Source: the human T2T-CHM13v2.0 reference genome, Homo sapiens. From it: a DNA stretch of 64,000 nucleotides. The stretch is taken from the NCBI RefSeq assembly GCF_009914755.1, contig NC_060937.1. One strand, given 5' to 3'. Numbering within the stretch: position 1 is the first letter of the stretch; the number at the start of each line of letters is the position of its first letter. The translations under genes were made by a program, and so were the position numbers. Shown here in pieces: positions 63,217-64,000 of this stretch. The notes beneath the pieces are model-generated. The model ran no database searches and was not told the origin of the DNA. It saw only the letters and a program-made list of their open reading frames with translations.

Positions 63217-64000
63217 CTTTTTTTAAGTATATACTTTACGTTCTGGGGTACATCTACAGAATGTGCAGGTTTGTTACATAAGTATACACGTGCCATGGTA
63301 GTTTGCTGCACCCATCAACCCATCATCTACATTAGATATTTCTCCTAATGCTTTCCCTCCCCTAGCCCCCCACCCCCTGACAGGCCATGGTGTGAGAAGA
63401 TCCCCTCCCTGTGTTCTCATTATTTAACTCCCACTTATGAGTGATAATATGTGGTGTTCGTTTTTGTGTTCTTGTGATAGTTTGTTGAGAAGGATGGTTT
63501 CCAGCTTCATCCATGTCCCTGCAAAGGACATGAACTCATCCTTTTTTATGGCTGCATAGTATTCCATGGTGTATATGTGCCACATTTTCTTTATCCAGTC
63601 TCTCATTGATGGGCATTTGGGTTGGTTACAAGTATTTGCTATTGTGAATAGTGCCTCAATAAACATATGTGTGCTTGTGTCTTCATAATAGAATTATACA
63701 TAATCCTTTGGGTATATACCCAGTAATGGGATTGCTAGGTCAAATAGTATTTCTGGTTCTAAATCCTTGAGGAATCACCATACTTTCTCCCACAATGGTT
63801 GAACTAATTTACACTCCCACTGACAGCATAAAAGCATTCCTATTTCTCCACATCCTCTCCAGTATCTGTTGTTTCTTGACTTTTTAATGATAGCCATTCT
63901 GACTGGTGCGACATGGTATCTCATTGTGGTTTTGAGTTGCATTTGTCTAATGACCAGTGATGATGAGCTTTTTTTCATGTTTGTTGGCTGCATAAATGTC
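63217..64000 (-). mobile_element. L1PA7-like 3' end (continues past the window)
   Basis: Reverse 3'UTR tatactttacgttctggggtacat...gcacccatcaacccatcatctacattag and ORF2 C-terminus ORFs at 63424-63993. Confidence 0.93.

Overview
AT-rich, CpG-poor primate genomic DNA. It is almost certainly hominid, since it carries an L1PA2-type element and AluY copies, and it looks like a gene desert or the interior of a very large intron. I cannot support any protein-coding gene. The long ORFs in the track are decayed LINE-1 ORF2 pieces or Alu read-throughs, and the short ones look like chance ORFs. The window is mostly transposon fossils: an old 5'-intact L1 with nested insertions (3.2-7.7 kb); three independent 5'-inverted (twin-primed) L1PA insertions with recognisable TSDs (8.2-9.9, 22.6-24.5, 30.6-35.0 kb); a fourth L1PA 3' end running off the window; eight Alus; solo LTRs or LTR fragments (LTR22/HML-5, MSTD, MLT1C, MER4A, an ERV1-type LTR); MER20; and MIR/L2/CR1 remnants. 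I did not find a convincing new biological system. The best leads are: the three co-oriented twin-primed L1s, two of which share almost the same 5' truncation point; a serially duplicated L1 terminus; a template-switch hairpin; a palindromic Alu tail; and a few non-repeat islands with splice-site or TF-motif structure. Subfamily names come from recalled consensus sequences and need RepeatMasker/Dfam confirmation.
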